Part shown: one piece after another, positions 24,217-34,939 of the stretch
Position numbering within the stretch: the stretch's first letter is position 1
Layout of the letters: each line of letters opens with the position of its first letter
From: Candidatus Wirthbacteria bacterium CG2_30_54_11
GTDB taxonomy: Bacteria; Patescibacteriota; CG2-30-54-11
Assembly (NCBI GenBank): GCA_001873755.1
Contig: MNZT01000052.1
Coordinates: 1-53,596 of the forward strand
Direction of reading: 5' to 3'
Length of the DNA: 53,596 bases
Translations under genes and position numbers: made by a program
The notes under the pieces: model-generated
Seen by the model: the letters and a program-made list of their open reading frames with translations, nothing else
Databases searched by the model: none
What the model was told of the DNA's origin: nothing

Positions 24217-26469
24217 ATGAGCGAGACTGTTTTCACCTAGGTAAACTACAATCTGGGCTCTCTGATTGAACGAATTGAGATCGGGGAAATCGGTCTCCCT
24301 GATATCCAGCGGCCATTTGTCTGGAAGGACGCCAAGGTCCGCGACCTGTTTGATTCAATGTACAAAGGTTTTCCCGTCGGATACCTGTTATTCTGGCAAA
24401 ATGCCTTTTCTGATGACGCCCGATCCATCGGGACCAATTCCAAACAAAAAACACCTCGACTCCTCATCGTGGATGGTCAGCAAAGGCTGACATCTCTATA
24501 CGCTGTCGTGAAAGGAATTCCCGTTGTACGCGAAAATTTCGAAAAAGAATTAATACATATTGCATTCAACCCGCTGCTTGATAAATTTGAAGTGGCAGAC
24601 GCGGCCATACGCCGAGATTCATCATTTATCCCCGACATTTCAATTCTTTGGAATCCCGACAAAAAAATAACGAGCATTATTCGTGAATACACCGCCAATC
24701 TAAAATCAACCAAAGAAGACATCACAGAGGCAGATGAAGCTCGGATTGAAGATTCCATCTTAAAACTGCAGGGATTGCATTGCTTTCCCTTTACAGCGCT
24801 TGAACTATCGGCAGCCATCACCGAGGAAGCAGTCGCGGATGTCTTTGTCCGAATCAACAGCAAAGGTACTCCGCTCAACCAGGCGGATTTCGTGTTGACC
24901 CTCATGTCTGTATTCTGGGATGAAGGACGCACGCAACTAGAATCATTCTGTAGAGCATCCCGTAAGCCGCCGGCCACAGGTCCTTCACCGTTCAATTATT
25001 TCATCAAACCTGATCCGGACCAGCTGCTCCGGGTTAGTGTCGGGGTTGGATTCAAAAGAGCGCGGCTCAAATATGTCTATTCACTCTTGCGTGGCAAAGA
25101 CCTGGAAACCGAACAGTTCAGTGATGCACGCAGGGACGAACAGTTCGCTATTCTAAAAGAAGCCCAGGAACGAACGATCAACCTTCTGTACTGGCAGGAT
25201 TTCATGAAGTGCATTACGCTCGCTGGATTTCGCTCAGAGAGCATGATCAGTTCCCATAACAGCCTGATTTTTTCCTATATCCTCTATCTCCTCGGGCGGA
25301 CAGAATACAAAGTCGAAGAATACCAGCTGAGACGCGTTATCGCTCGGTGGTTCTTCATGTCCAGCCTGACCGGCCGATTCACCGGATCCCCGGAATCAGC
25401 CATGGAATTTGATCTCGCCCGATTCCGCGAAATCCGGGACGCGCACGGCTTTCTCCACACGCTCGAACATGCATGTGATCTCGCGCTCACTGACAGCTAT
25501 TGGAAAATCACTCTGCCCAATGATCTTGCCACATCTTCACCACGAAGCCCCTCACTGTTTGCCTACAACGCCGCTTTGGTTTTACTTGACGCGCCAGCTT
25601 TATTTTCTCGATTAAAAGTATCTGAACTACTTGATCCTGTAGCTCAAGGAGTACGTGGGGCAGTAGAAAGGCATCATCTGTTTCCCAAGGGGTATCTCGC
25701 TACTCTCAGGATCACTGACCTCAGAGAAACCAATCAGATCGCGAACTACGCTCTCGTCGAATGGGGTGACAATGGTGATATCGAGGATCAACCTCCCTCT
25801 GAATATTTAACCCCTCTCCTCAACCGGTTCAACGAAACAGACCGTCAACGCATGTGCCACCTCCATGCCCTTCCCCAGGGATGGGAGCAGATGGAGTATC
25901 AGCAATTTCTGGAAGCACGGCGTGAACTAATTGCCCAGGTCGTATCCGAAGGATACCGAACCCTCATGACGGATCATGACGCGGCGTACACCGCCCAGCC
26001 ACTCTCCCTTCAGGATATGGTCGCACTCGGAGAATCAAGCGCTGTGGAATTCAAGTCCACTCTACGGATAAATCTACATACCAAAGAGGTGGATCCACGC
26101 ATGGAACTGGCGGTACTGAAGACTATCGCCGGCTTTCTGAACACCAACGGCGGCACCCTGACCATCGGCGTGACCGATGACGGGCAGGCAGTCGGTATCG
26201 AAACTGATAGATTTGATAATGAAGACAAGATGAGCCTCCACCTGGTCAACCTCATCCGGAATCATATGGGACCCGTGGTCACGCCCAATATCCATATCAG
26301 GTTCGAGGAATACGAGGAAAATCGGGTGCTTATGGCGGTATGTGCCAAATCCAAAGCACCAGTGTATGTGAAGGATGGAACGGTTGAACGGTTCTATATC
26401 CGCACCGGGCCATCCACCACGGAGCTAACTGCGAGCCAGATACAGGAATATATCAAACAGAGGTTCTAG
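24217..26469 (+). pseudogene. DUF262 (ParB/Srx-like, GmrSD/COG1479-type) plus HNH-like nuclease plus C-terminal AlbA_2 (Schlafen-like) fusion; in-frame TAG at codon 8
   Basis: RBS GAGGA then the ATG at 24217 gives MSETVFT, then TAG (24238-24240), then in-frame VNYNLGSLIERIEIGEIGLPDIQRPFVWKD...IVDGQQRLTSL (DUF262). ERHHLFPKGYL...NQIANYALVEWGDN is the HNH-like block. ESSAVEFKS...LKTIAGFLNTNGGTLTIGVTDDG is AlbA_2. The track ORF begins only at the internal ATG 24358. Confidence 0.7.
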
Positions 26470-26529
26470 TCGGGATCAGTACGGTCCAAGATAATTAGAC
26501 AGATAGGGGGTAGTGGTTCTGGTTGATGA

Positions 26530-26590
26530 CCGTGAATTTATACTATATTTCATTAAAATTCACGGCAAATTGAGTTTTTACCGTGAATTT
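26530..26590 (+). promoter_or_regulatory. Three copies of a CCGTGAATTT element (inverted pair plus direct copy) upstream of fic
   Basis: CCGTGAATTT at 26530-26539, AAATTCACGG at 26556-26565 and CCGTGAATTT at 26581-26590. They sit in an AT-rich spacer 40 nt before the fic ATG. Confidence 0.5.
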
Positions 26591-26630
26591 GCTACACTTC
26601 GCCTAGGCAATTATTTCAAGGGAGGACGCT

Positions 26631-27512
26631 ATGGCGATCAACCAGAAAATGAAACAGAGAATAGATACCCTGAAAAAAGAATATGATTCCCTGAAAACAG
26701 GCAAGGAGTCATTGCTGGCTATGATTATGGAGACCGAGGTCCCAGAAGCGGTCTATAACTCCAACGCGATCGAAAATTCCACCCTCACCATCGCAGAGAC
26801 GGAAAAAATCCTCATGGAGATGAAGGTATCCCGCCATATCTCCGTGCGGGAAGTATTTGAAGCCAAAAACCTCGCCCGGATATCTGACTATTTGATGAAG
26901 AAAACAACCTCGTTCTCGCTGGACAGAGAACTGATCCTCCTGCTCCACTCCATGCTCATATCCAATATCGACGACACCATCGCCGGCAGATTCCGCCAGC
27001 GGGATGAATATGTCCGGGTCGGCATGCACATCGCTCCGGCCCCGGAGCATATCGAATCCATGATGGAATCGCTGCTGCTCGAGTATTCCGGAAATCACAG
27101 TTCATACTTCCTGGACAGGATCGCTCTGTTTCACCTGGGTTTCGAGCATATTCACCCGTTCTGCGACGGCAATGGCCGTATCGGCCGGGTGCTGATCAAC
27201 TGCCAGCTTTCTCAACAGGGATTCCCCCCCGTCATCATCCGGGACAAGGAAAAACAACTCTACTACGCTGCTTTTCGGGAATTCAAAGACAAAAAGAAAA
27301 CGGTGGTCATGGAAAGAGTGCTGATACTCGCGCTCCTGGAATCATTCCATAAAAGGCTTGCCTATCTGAAAGGCAACGCCATCATCACGATTACCGAATA
27401 CGCCGTACAACAGGAAATTCGGCCGCAGATACTTCTCAACAAAGCAAAGCGTCAGACCATACCGGCATTCCGGGAAAAAGGTATCTGGAAGATCGGAATC
27501 GATCAGGGATAA
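26631..27512 (+). CDS. Fic family protein (AMPylase-type) with N-terminal inhibitory helix and C-terminal HTH-like tail
   Basis: Fic motif HPFCDGNGRIGR. Class II-type inhibitory motif SNAIEN ((S/T)xxxE(G/N)). RBS GGGAGGA. Confidence 0.85.
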   Translation: MAINQKMKQRIDTLKKEYDSLKTGKESLLAMIMETEVPEAVYNSNAIENSTLTIAETEKILMEMKVSRHISVREVFEAKNLARISDYLMKKTTSFSLDRELILLLHSMLISNIDDTIAGRFRQRDEYVRVGMHIAPAPEHIESMMESLLLEYSGNHSSYFLDRIALFHLGFEHIHPFCDGNGRIGRVLINCQLSQQGFPPVIIRDKEKQLYYAAFREFKDKKKTVVMERVLILALLESFHKRLAYLKGNAIITITEYAVQQEIRPQILLNKAKRQTIPAFREKGIWKIGIDQG

Positions 27513-27539
27513 CCAAATATGGCCTGAATACAGAAATAT

Positions 27540-27583
27540 TTGTATCACAGTACAAAGACAAACCGATCCCGGCCTGATACAGT
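27540..27583 (+). promoter_or_regulatory. Copy 2 of the conserved 21-nt motif plus promoter (upstream of recQ)
   Basis: TTGTATCACAGTACAAAGACA (27540-27560). The -10 TACAGT (27578-27583) lies 17 nt after AAGACA. 34 nt before the recQ ATG. Confidence 0.5.
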
Positions 27584-27616
27584 GGTCCGGATTTCTTCAC
27601 TAGTAAAAGGCCCCTC

Positions 27617-29752
<2,136 letters not shown>

Positions 29753-29855
29753 GGTCTTCCAGTACTCATCACTCAAACGGTTGCCGGTACCGAATGGGGA
29801 AGTATATACTGATACTGTACTCTGACTGTTTTTCATACATTATCAGAAATCGAAC

Positions 29856-30452
29856 ATGGCCTGCGACCGACAAAAGTATCTCGACGCCATCAAGTCCCAG
29901 CTGGAACCGAACATCGTGAACCATTCCCTGGCGCTCGAAGCGTGCATGGGCGGTCTCTACGACTATCTGGCGTCAGCGGGCCAGCTGCCCTCTGATGAGC
30001 TGCCCCGGGACGACTGGCTTCTGGCCGGTCTAATCCATGACATTGATTTCGGCGGCGAGTTCAAAGATCTGCACCCGGCCCGGACCCGCGAAGCCCTGGC
30101 CAAGTACGGCCTGCAAATATCGGACGAGGTCCATCAGCTCGTCCTCTCCCATGCCGGAGCCCGTCTCGGCATCCACCCGGTGACCCGGGCGCAGTGGTCG
30201 ATCTTCTGCGCCGACAGCCTGACCGGACTGATCATGGCGGTCGCTTTTGTCTATCCGTCTCGCAAACTCGCCGATGTCAAAGTCTCCTCAGTCCTCAAGC
30301 GGTTCCTGAAGGAGCCCAAATTCGCCGCCGGCACCCGCCGCGACGAAGTGGCCCTGTGCAGTAATGCCGAAGGACTCAACCTGCCGATCGAAAAATTCAT
30401 CGAGATCTGTCTCCTGTCCATGCAGAAGATCGCTCCCGATATCGGACTTTGA
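29856..30452 (+). CDS. HD-domain phosphohydrolase-like protein
   Basis: NHSLALEA ... LLAGLIHDIDF ... HAGARLG fits the H..HD..D metal-binding pattern. Confidence 0.65.
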   Translation: MACDRQKYLDAIKSQLEPNIVNHSLALEACMGGLYDYLASAGQLPSDELPRDDWLLAGLIHDIDFGGEFKDLHPARTREALAKYGLQISDEVHQLVLSHAGARLGIHPVTRAQWSIFCADSLTGLIMAVAFVYPSRKLADVKVSSVLKRFLKEPKFAAGTRRDEVALCSNAEGLNLPIEKFIEICLLSMQKIAPDIGL

Positions 30453-30511
30453 GCCGGACCTGTCCTCACGGCAGAGCAAGAAAAGACCACTAGAAATCAA
30501 AGGAACCCTGC

Positions 30512-32149
30512 ATGGTCACCGCTCCCGCTGCTCCGCCCTCCACCCGCGTCAAATGGCTGAGCCTCCTCGTCCTGAGTCTGGCACTCGCCATCATCATCAT
30601 CGACGGCACCGTGCTCAATGTCTCCATCGCCTACCTCATCCGCGACCTCCATACCGACATCCAGCATATCCAGTGGGTGATCACTTCCTATTCGCTCGTG
30701 ATCGCGGCGCTTACCATCGTAGGCGGCCGGCTGGGTGACTTCTTTGGGCGCAAAAAAATGTTCATGCTGGGAGCGATCATCTTTGCCGTTGGCTCGTTCA
30801 CCTCCTCCATCAGCACTGATGTGAACACGCTTCTGCTGGGCTGGTCACTGATAGAGGGCATCGGCGCTGCGCTGATGATGCCAGCCACGGTCTCCCTGGT
30901 CATGTCGACCTTTTCCGGCCGGGACCGGGCGATCGCTTTTGGCGTCTGGGGCGGGATCGCGGGTGCCGTTGCTGCTGTGGGACCGATCCTCGGCGGTTTT
31001 TTCACCACCTACTACAGCTGGCACTGGGCGTTCCGCATCAATATCGTGACCGTCGCCATCCTCCTCCTGGGTTCTCTCCTGATCAAAGAATCCCGCGACG
31101 ACAAGCACAGGATCTCCTGGGATATACCCGGCATCCTGCTTTCCAGTATCGGACTGGTCTCCCTCGTCTACGGAATCATCGAATCCACCGACTACGGTTG
31201 GTGGAAAGCCAAACAGGCCTATCCGCTCTGGGGCCAGAATCTTTCCCCGCTCGGCCTTTCCGTGGTGCCCTGTCTGTTCGGAACCGGACTCCTCCTCCTG
31301 TGTCTGTTCGTACTCTGGGAAGTACACACGGAAAAAGGGGGACGGATGCCGCTGCTGTCAGTCAAACTTTTCCAGAGCAAACAGTTCTCCGCCGGCATCG
31401 TGACCACTGCCGTCCTGACATTAGGGCAGTCCGGACTGATCTTTGCCCTGCCGGTCTTCCTGCAGACAGTCAAAGGTCTGGACGCTATCCATACCGGTCT
31501 GGCTCTGATCCCCATGTCGATCACCATGCTGATCATGGCGCCTCTGGGCGCCGCCCTGAACCGGAAGATCATCCCCCGGCACCTCATCCAGCTGGGCCTC
31601 CTGATCAATATGATCGCCCTGTTCGTCCTGCGGTCAGAGATCTCCGTCTCGGCCACCGCTGCCACCCTGCGCCCCGGGCTGATCCTCTACGGTCTGGGCA
31701 TGGGTCTGGTCATGGCCCAGATCACCAATATCACCCTGTCGGGCGTAGAGGTCCAGGCCGCCGGTCAAGCCGCGGGCATCAACGCCACCATGCGCCAGGT
31801 GGGACAATCCCTGGGCACGGCCATCATCGGCGCCATTTTCCTCACCTCGCTTACAGGCAATGTCACCACGGCGGTCAATGCAAACACCGTACTGCCAGCG
31901 ATCGCCAAACCTGCCATCATAGAAAAGCTGTCCAATACCAATTCCCAATTCGAAACCGCCTCCCAGGACAGCGGCTCTCTGACTGCCTTCCCTCAGCTGG
32001 TGGGAGTTGTCGTGGATATAAAAAACCAGTCCATGGTGGACGCCAACCGGTCATCACTGTTCTACACGTCCGGCTTCGTCGTCCTGTGCTTCGCAGCCAC
32101 ATTGTTCCTGCCCCGGGTCAAGGCATCCGAACGACATGGAGAAGCATAA
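30512..32149 (+). CDS. MFS transporter, DHA2 (EmrB/QacA, 14-TMS) drug:H+ antiporter family
   Basis: About 14 hydrophobic helices. Motif A-like GGRLGDFFGRKKMF. WHWAFRINI is typical of DHA2. Confidence 0.85.
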   Translation: MVTAPAAPPSTRVKWLSLLVLSLALAIIIIDGTVLNVSIAYLIRDLHTDIQHIQWVITSYSLVIAALTIVGGRLGDFFGRKKMFMLGAIIFAVGSFTSSISTDVNTLLLGWSLIEGIGAALMMPATVSLVMSTFSGRDRAIAFGVWGGIAGAVAAVGPILGGFFTTYYSWHWAFRINIVTVAILLLGSLLIKESRDDKHRISWDIPGILLSSIGLVSLVYGIIESTDYGWWKAKQAYPLWGQNLSPLGLSVVPCLFGTGLLLLCLFVLWEVHTEKGGRMPLLSVKLFQSKQFSAGIVTTAVLTLGQSGLIFALPVFLQTVKGLDAIHTGLALIPMSITMLIMAPLGAALNRKIIPRHLIQLGLLINMIALFVLRSEISVSATAATLRPGLILYGLGMGLVMAQITNITLSGVEVQAAGQAAGINATMRQVGQSLGTAIIGAIFLTSLTGNVTTAVNANTVLPAIAKPAIIEKLSNTNSQFETASQDSGSLTAFPQLVGVVVDIKNQSMVDANRSSLFYTSGFVVLCFAATLFLPRVKASERHGEA

Positions 32150-32180
32150 AAAAAGTCCCCTTCCCGGCCTTAATTCACAC

Positions 32181-32209
32181 TTGACTAGTACTTCAGTCAG
32201 TTGTAGTAT
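32181..32209 (+). promoter_or_regulatory. Sigma70-like promoter of the RHH-crp operon
   Basis: TTGACT (32181-32186), 17 nt, TAGTAT (32204-32209). Confidence 0.55.
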
Positions 32210-32242
32210 GCGTAGCGAAACAATTAATTATACTGGAACTAT

Positions 32243-32416
32243 ATGGCAAGCAGCAGTAAACAGCGCGTCACCCTGTTCATCGATCCCGCTCTCGTGAAAC
32301 ACGCCAAAGCCCAGGCCGTGATGGAAGACCTCACCTACGCAGAGCTTGTAGAAAAAGCTCTGCTCAAATATCTGCCCGATGAGACAGTCATTAAACGAGC
32401 TGTGATTCGTGACTGA
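32243..32416 (+). CDS. Ribbon-helix-helix (CopG/Arc-like) small protein, 57 aa
   Basis: MASSSKQRVTLFIDPALVKHAKAQAVMEDLTYAELVEKALLKYLPDETV... shows the beta-strand then two helices pattern of an RHH. Not in the track (under 60 aa). The stop overlaps the GTG of the next gene (GTGACTGA). Confidence 0.6.
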   Translation: MASSSKQRVTLFIDPALVKHAKAQAVMEDLTYAELVEKALLKYLPDETVIKRAVIRD

Positions 32417-33077
32417 TGACAAAACAAGGATATTCAAAGAATTCTTCTCCCGGTTCACTCTCCGTCATTACAAACAGGGTGAAACTCTCATCCGCGCGGA
32501 TGATGACCCGCAGGGCATTTTCTGCCTGACCACGGGGTATGTGCGCCAATACACGATATCCAAAAGCGGGATGGAACTGACCTTGCATATTCTGCAGCCG
32601 ACCTCCTACTTCCCTATGGTCTGGGCGATCAACGGGACACCGAATGTTTACTATTTCGAAGCCCTCACCGAAGTAGAGATAGGACGGGCGCCCCGGGATG
32701 AGGTCGTTGCTTTTATCAAGAACAAACCCGATCTGGTCTTTGCCCTCATGAGCGAACTGCTGGAGGATTATGCCGAATCGCTGCTCAGGATCGAGCATCT
32801 GGTGTTCAGCGATGCCTACCGGCGGGTGATCTCAGTATTGCTCTATATCGCCAAACATTTCGGCGAAACGGCCGACGATCATGTCACCGTCAAACACCGA
32901 TTCACGCATCAGGACATCGCCACCCTGGTCGGCGTCGCCCGGGAAACCGCCAGCATCGAAATGGCAAAATTAACCAAAAGTGGTCTGGTCCGCCTCGTCG
33001 ATCACAGCATGGAATTCGACAGCCTCCAAAAACTGGAAGCAGAACTGCTGCTGGCTAGCCCCTCTTTCGAGACCTGA
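32409..33077 (+). CDS. Crp/Fnr family transcriptional regulator
   Basis: N-terminal cNMP-binding beta-barrel (GETLIRADDDPQGIFCLTTGYVRQY). C-terminal HTH FTHQDIATLVGVARETASIEMAKLTKSGLV. Confidence 0.85.
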   Translation: MTDDKTRIFKEFFSRFTLRHYKQGETLIRADDDPQGIFCLTTGYVRQYTISKSGMELTLHILQPTSYFPMVWAINGTPNVYYFEALTEVEIGRAPRDEVVAFIKNKPDLVFALMSELLEDYAESLLRIEHLVFSDAYRRVISVLLYIAKHFGETADDHVTVKHRFTHQDIATLVGVARETASIEMAKLTKSGLVRLVDHSMEFDSLQKLEAELLLASPSFET

Positions 33078-33257
33078 CCGCATCTGACGAGGTCCGGATT
33101 CATCCGATACGCTGTCAACACACTCACCTCCGCAGGTTAGCTGCATCACAACAACCATGGGAGGTGAGTTACTGCGTTTATGGGGCAAGTTCCCTATACT
33201 GGGAGATACCAAACGCGACAGCGTATCCGTTATCTTTGCCTATTACCCTTGAGGTGC

Positions 33258-33416
33258 ATGATGACCATTACCCGGGAATCCACGAACCACCATGTATTTA
33301 TTGCGCTCGCAGTGGCCAAACAGGCCAAGCTCCAGGCCATTAAGGAAGAACTGACCTTGTCAGCGCTGGTACGAAAAGCCCTGATCCAGTATTTACCCGC
33401 AACCATGGAGCCGTGA
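33258..33416 (+). CDS. Ribbon-helix-helix small protein, paralog of 32243-32416
   Basis: MMTITRESTNHHVFIALAVAKQAKLQAIKEELTLSALVRKALIQYLP shares the ..L(T/S)..(E/A)LV.KAL(L/I).YLP tail with the first RHH. GAGGTG RBS at 33251-33256. Confidence 0.55.
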   Translation: MMTITRESTNHHVFIALAVAKQAKLQAIKEELTLSALVRKALIQYLPATMEP

Positions 33417-33417
33417 T

Positions 33418-33564
33418 ATGGGAATCCTGGAAATTATAGCCATAATACTCCTCTTCTTGTGGCTTGGTGGTTTTGCTTTACATGTCGCTGGATCGTTCAT
33501 TCACCTGCTGCTGGTCGTAGCCGTCATTATGATTGTTATCCGTTTTCTGAAAAAGAGTACCTGA
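33418..33564 (+). CDS. Lmo0937-family small membrane protein (48 aa)
   Basis: MGILEIIAIILLFLWLGGFALHVAGSFIHLLLVVAVIMIVIRFLKKST has the family hallmark (two TM helices, LWLxGF...IHLLLV). Not in the track. Confidence 0.6.
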   Translation: MGILEIIAIILLFLWLGGFALHVAGSFIHLLLVVAVIMIVIRFLKKST

Positions 33565-33610
33565 ACCCTGGTCGACAGAAAAACCCTGAAAGCATAATAA
33601 AGGAAATATC

Positions 33611-33994
33611 ATGAAAGAGACCATAACCACCCGCGAAAGAACCAATACGGATAAAGTCGCCCCGGCTCCCCGGGAAGCAACCGGCTCGCAGACCATCGAA
33701 TATGTTGTATATTTCCTCTTCGGGATCCTGGACATATTCCTGGGTTTCCGTCTGCTACTCAAACTGATGGGTGCCAGCACCTCCAGCGGTTTCGTGAATG
33801 CGGTGTACGGTTTTACCAGAGGCTTCATTCTGCCCTTTGAGGGAATATTCCGTACAGGAAGAACCGGAGGGATAGAAACCGCCGCTGTTTTTGAACCGGC
33901 CACCCTCATCGCCCTCATCGTGTACGGTGCCGCGGCCTGGGGAATCGTACAACTGGTACGGATAGTTTCCGGCCAGCGCCAGGAATCCGACTAG
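33611..33994 (+). CDS. YggT-family membrane protein
   Basis: IEYVVYFLFGILDIFLGFRLLLKLMG...FVNAVYGFTRGFILPFEGIF...LIALIVYGAAAWGIV fits the YGGT repeat pattern. Confidence 0.55.
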   Translation: MKETITTRERTNTDKVAPAPREATGSQTIEYVVYFLFGILDIFLGFRLLLKLMGASTSSGFVNAVYGFTRGFILPFEGIFRTGRTGGIETAAVFEPATLIALIVYGAAAWGIVQLVRIVSGQRQESD

Positions 33995-34033
33995 CTCGAC
34001 CTGCTCTTCGCCTGAAATACGAAAACCAAGACA

Positions 34034-34070
34034 AAAATCGGATCCCGTTCACCCGGACGATCCGATTTTT
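34034..34070 (+). terminator. Intrinsic terminator after the yggT-like gene
   Basis: AAAATCGGATC / GATCCGATTTT stem with a T-run. Confidence 0.7.
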
Positions 34071-34110
34071 GAAATACATAATTTAACAAACTGACCAAAG
34101 GAAACAAACA

Positions 34111-34458
34111 ATGGACACCAACAAACTCATAACCCCGGACGAAGTAAAAAAGGTTGGTGCAGAACTGGGCATCTCCTGGGAAGTGATCGACCCGGAAGAA
34201 TTCCGGAGAGGAATAGACAAGGAGCTCACCGACAGCCTGGCTATGGTACAGGAAGAAAACACTGTCCAGAATCTGCTGGCGGCTGCACAGACCGTGCACT
34301 CCCACCTCACTGATGACCCGGACTACTATCTGCGCCAGAGAGATATGGAAGATCTGACAAAATACTTCTGGGATATCGACCTGAAAAGTGAACACGGTAT
34401 CTTCAAAAGTCTCCGGTTCGCCGGAGAAGGACGAAAACCAGTACGATCAGCCCCTTAA
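34111..34458 (+). CDS. Hypothetical protein (possibly DUF5661-like)
   Basis: EEFRRGIDKELTD...AAAQTVHSHLTDDPDYYLRQRDME resembles the EF..G..vE.EH...ia.aHL.E.pdYY pattern. AAAGGAAACA RBS. Confidence 0.45.
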   Translation: MDTNKLITPDEVKKVGAELGISWEVIDPEEFRRGIDKELTDSLAMVQEENTVQNLLAAAQTVHSHLTDDPDYYLRQRDMEDLTKYFWDIDLKSEHGIFKSLRFAGEGRKPVRSAP

Positions 34459-34518
34459 ACTGGAGGATGTGTATGCACCACGACCGAGACAAATCTATTT
34501 CATCTAAAGGAAAAATCC

Positions 34519-34767
34519 ATGAATACCCAGGTCATGACCAGGGACGAATACAAATACAGCATCGCCGTCCTGTACTCTGTCGAGGACCAACTCATATCGG
34601 CCCGCTGCAATCTCAAAAAAATCATGAGCCGCTTTGAGGTGGAGGAGACGGCCAACAAGCTGTATATCGACACCATCAACGCGCTTATCCTCAATCTGCC
34701 GGGTATCAGGGAGCAGCTGCACAAAATGCCTCTGCTCGATGAAAAAAGAGATCAACTGTCTGCCTGA
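34519..34767 (+). CDS. Hypothetical protein (82 aa)
   Basis: ORF with AAAGGAAAAA RBS and predicted helical composition. No family recognised. Confidence 0.45.
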   Translation: MNTQVMTRDEYKYSIAVLYSVEDQLISARCNLKKIMSRFEVEETANKLYIDTINALILNLPGIREQLHKMPLLDEKRDQLSA

Positions 34768-34939
34768 TCAAGGCAGACTTACTGTTTAATTGCTGTTCCC
34801 CGGTGCCGACATCTCCGTCAACAGGTCCAGATGCCGGCGTTCCTCAATTGCGACCTGCATCGTGCAGGCATCTTTTCAAAGCATTCATTTTGCCTTATCC
34901 TGTAGAGGATCTTATTACCCATTATCAAAGGTCCTCGCC

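Noticed and set aside
20786-24240. Alternative genetic code or stop-codon reassignment as the explanation for the in-frame TAA (20786-20788) and TAG (24238-24240).
   Set aside because: All other genes in the window terminate sensibly at TAA, TAG or TGA and have no internal stops. Two isolated events fit pseudogenisation or sequencing error better.
20193-27512. An integrative mobile element inserted at tRNA-Gln.
   Set aside because: I could find no integrase/recombinase gene and no direct repeat of the tRNA 3' end. The region is reported only as a defence-like accessory stretch.
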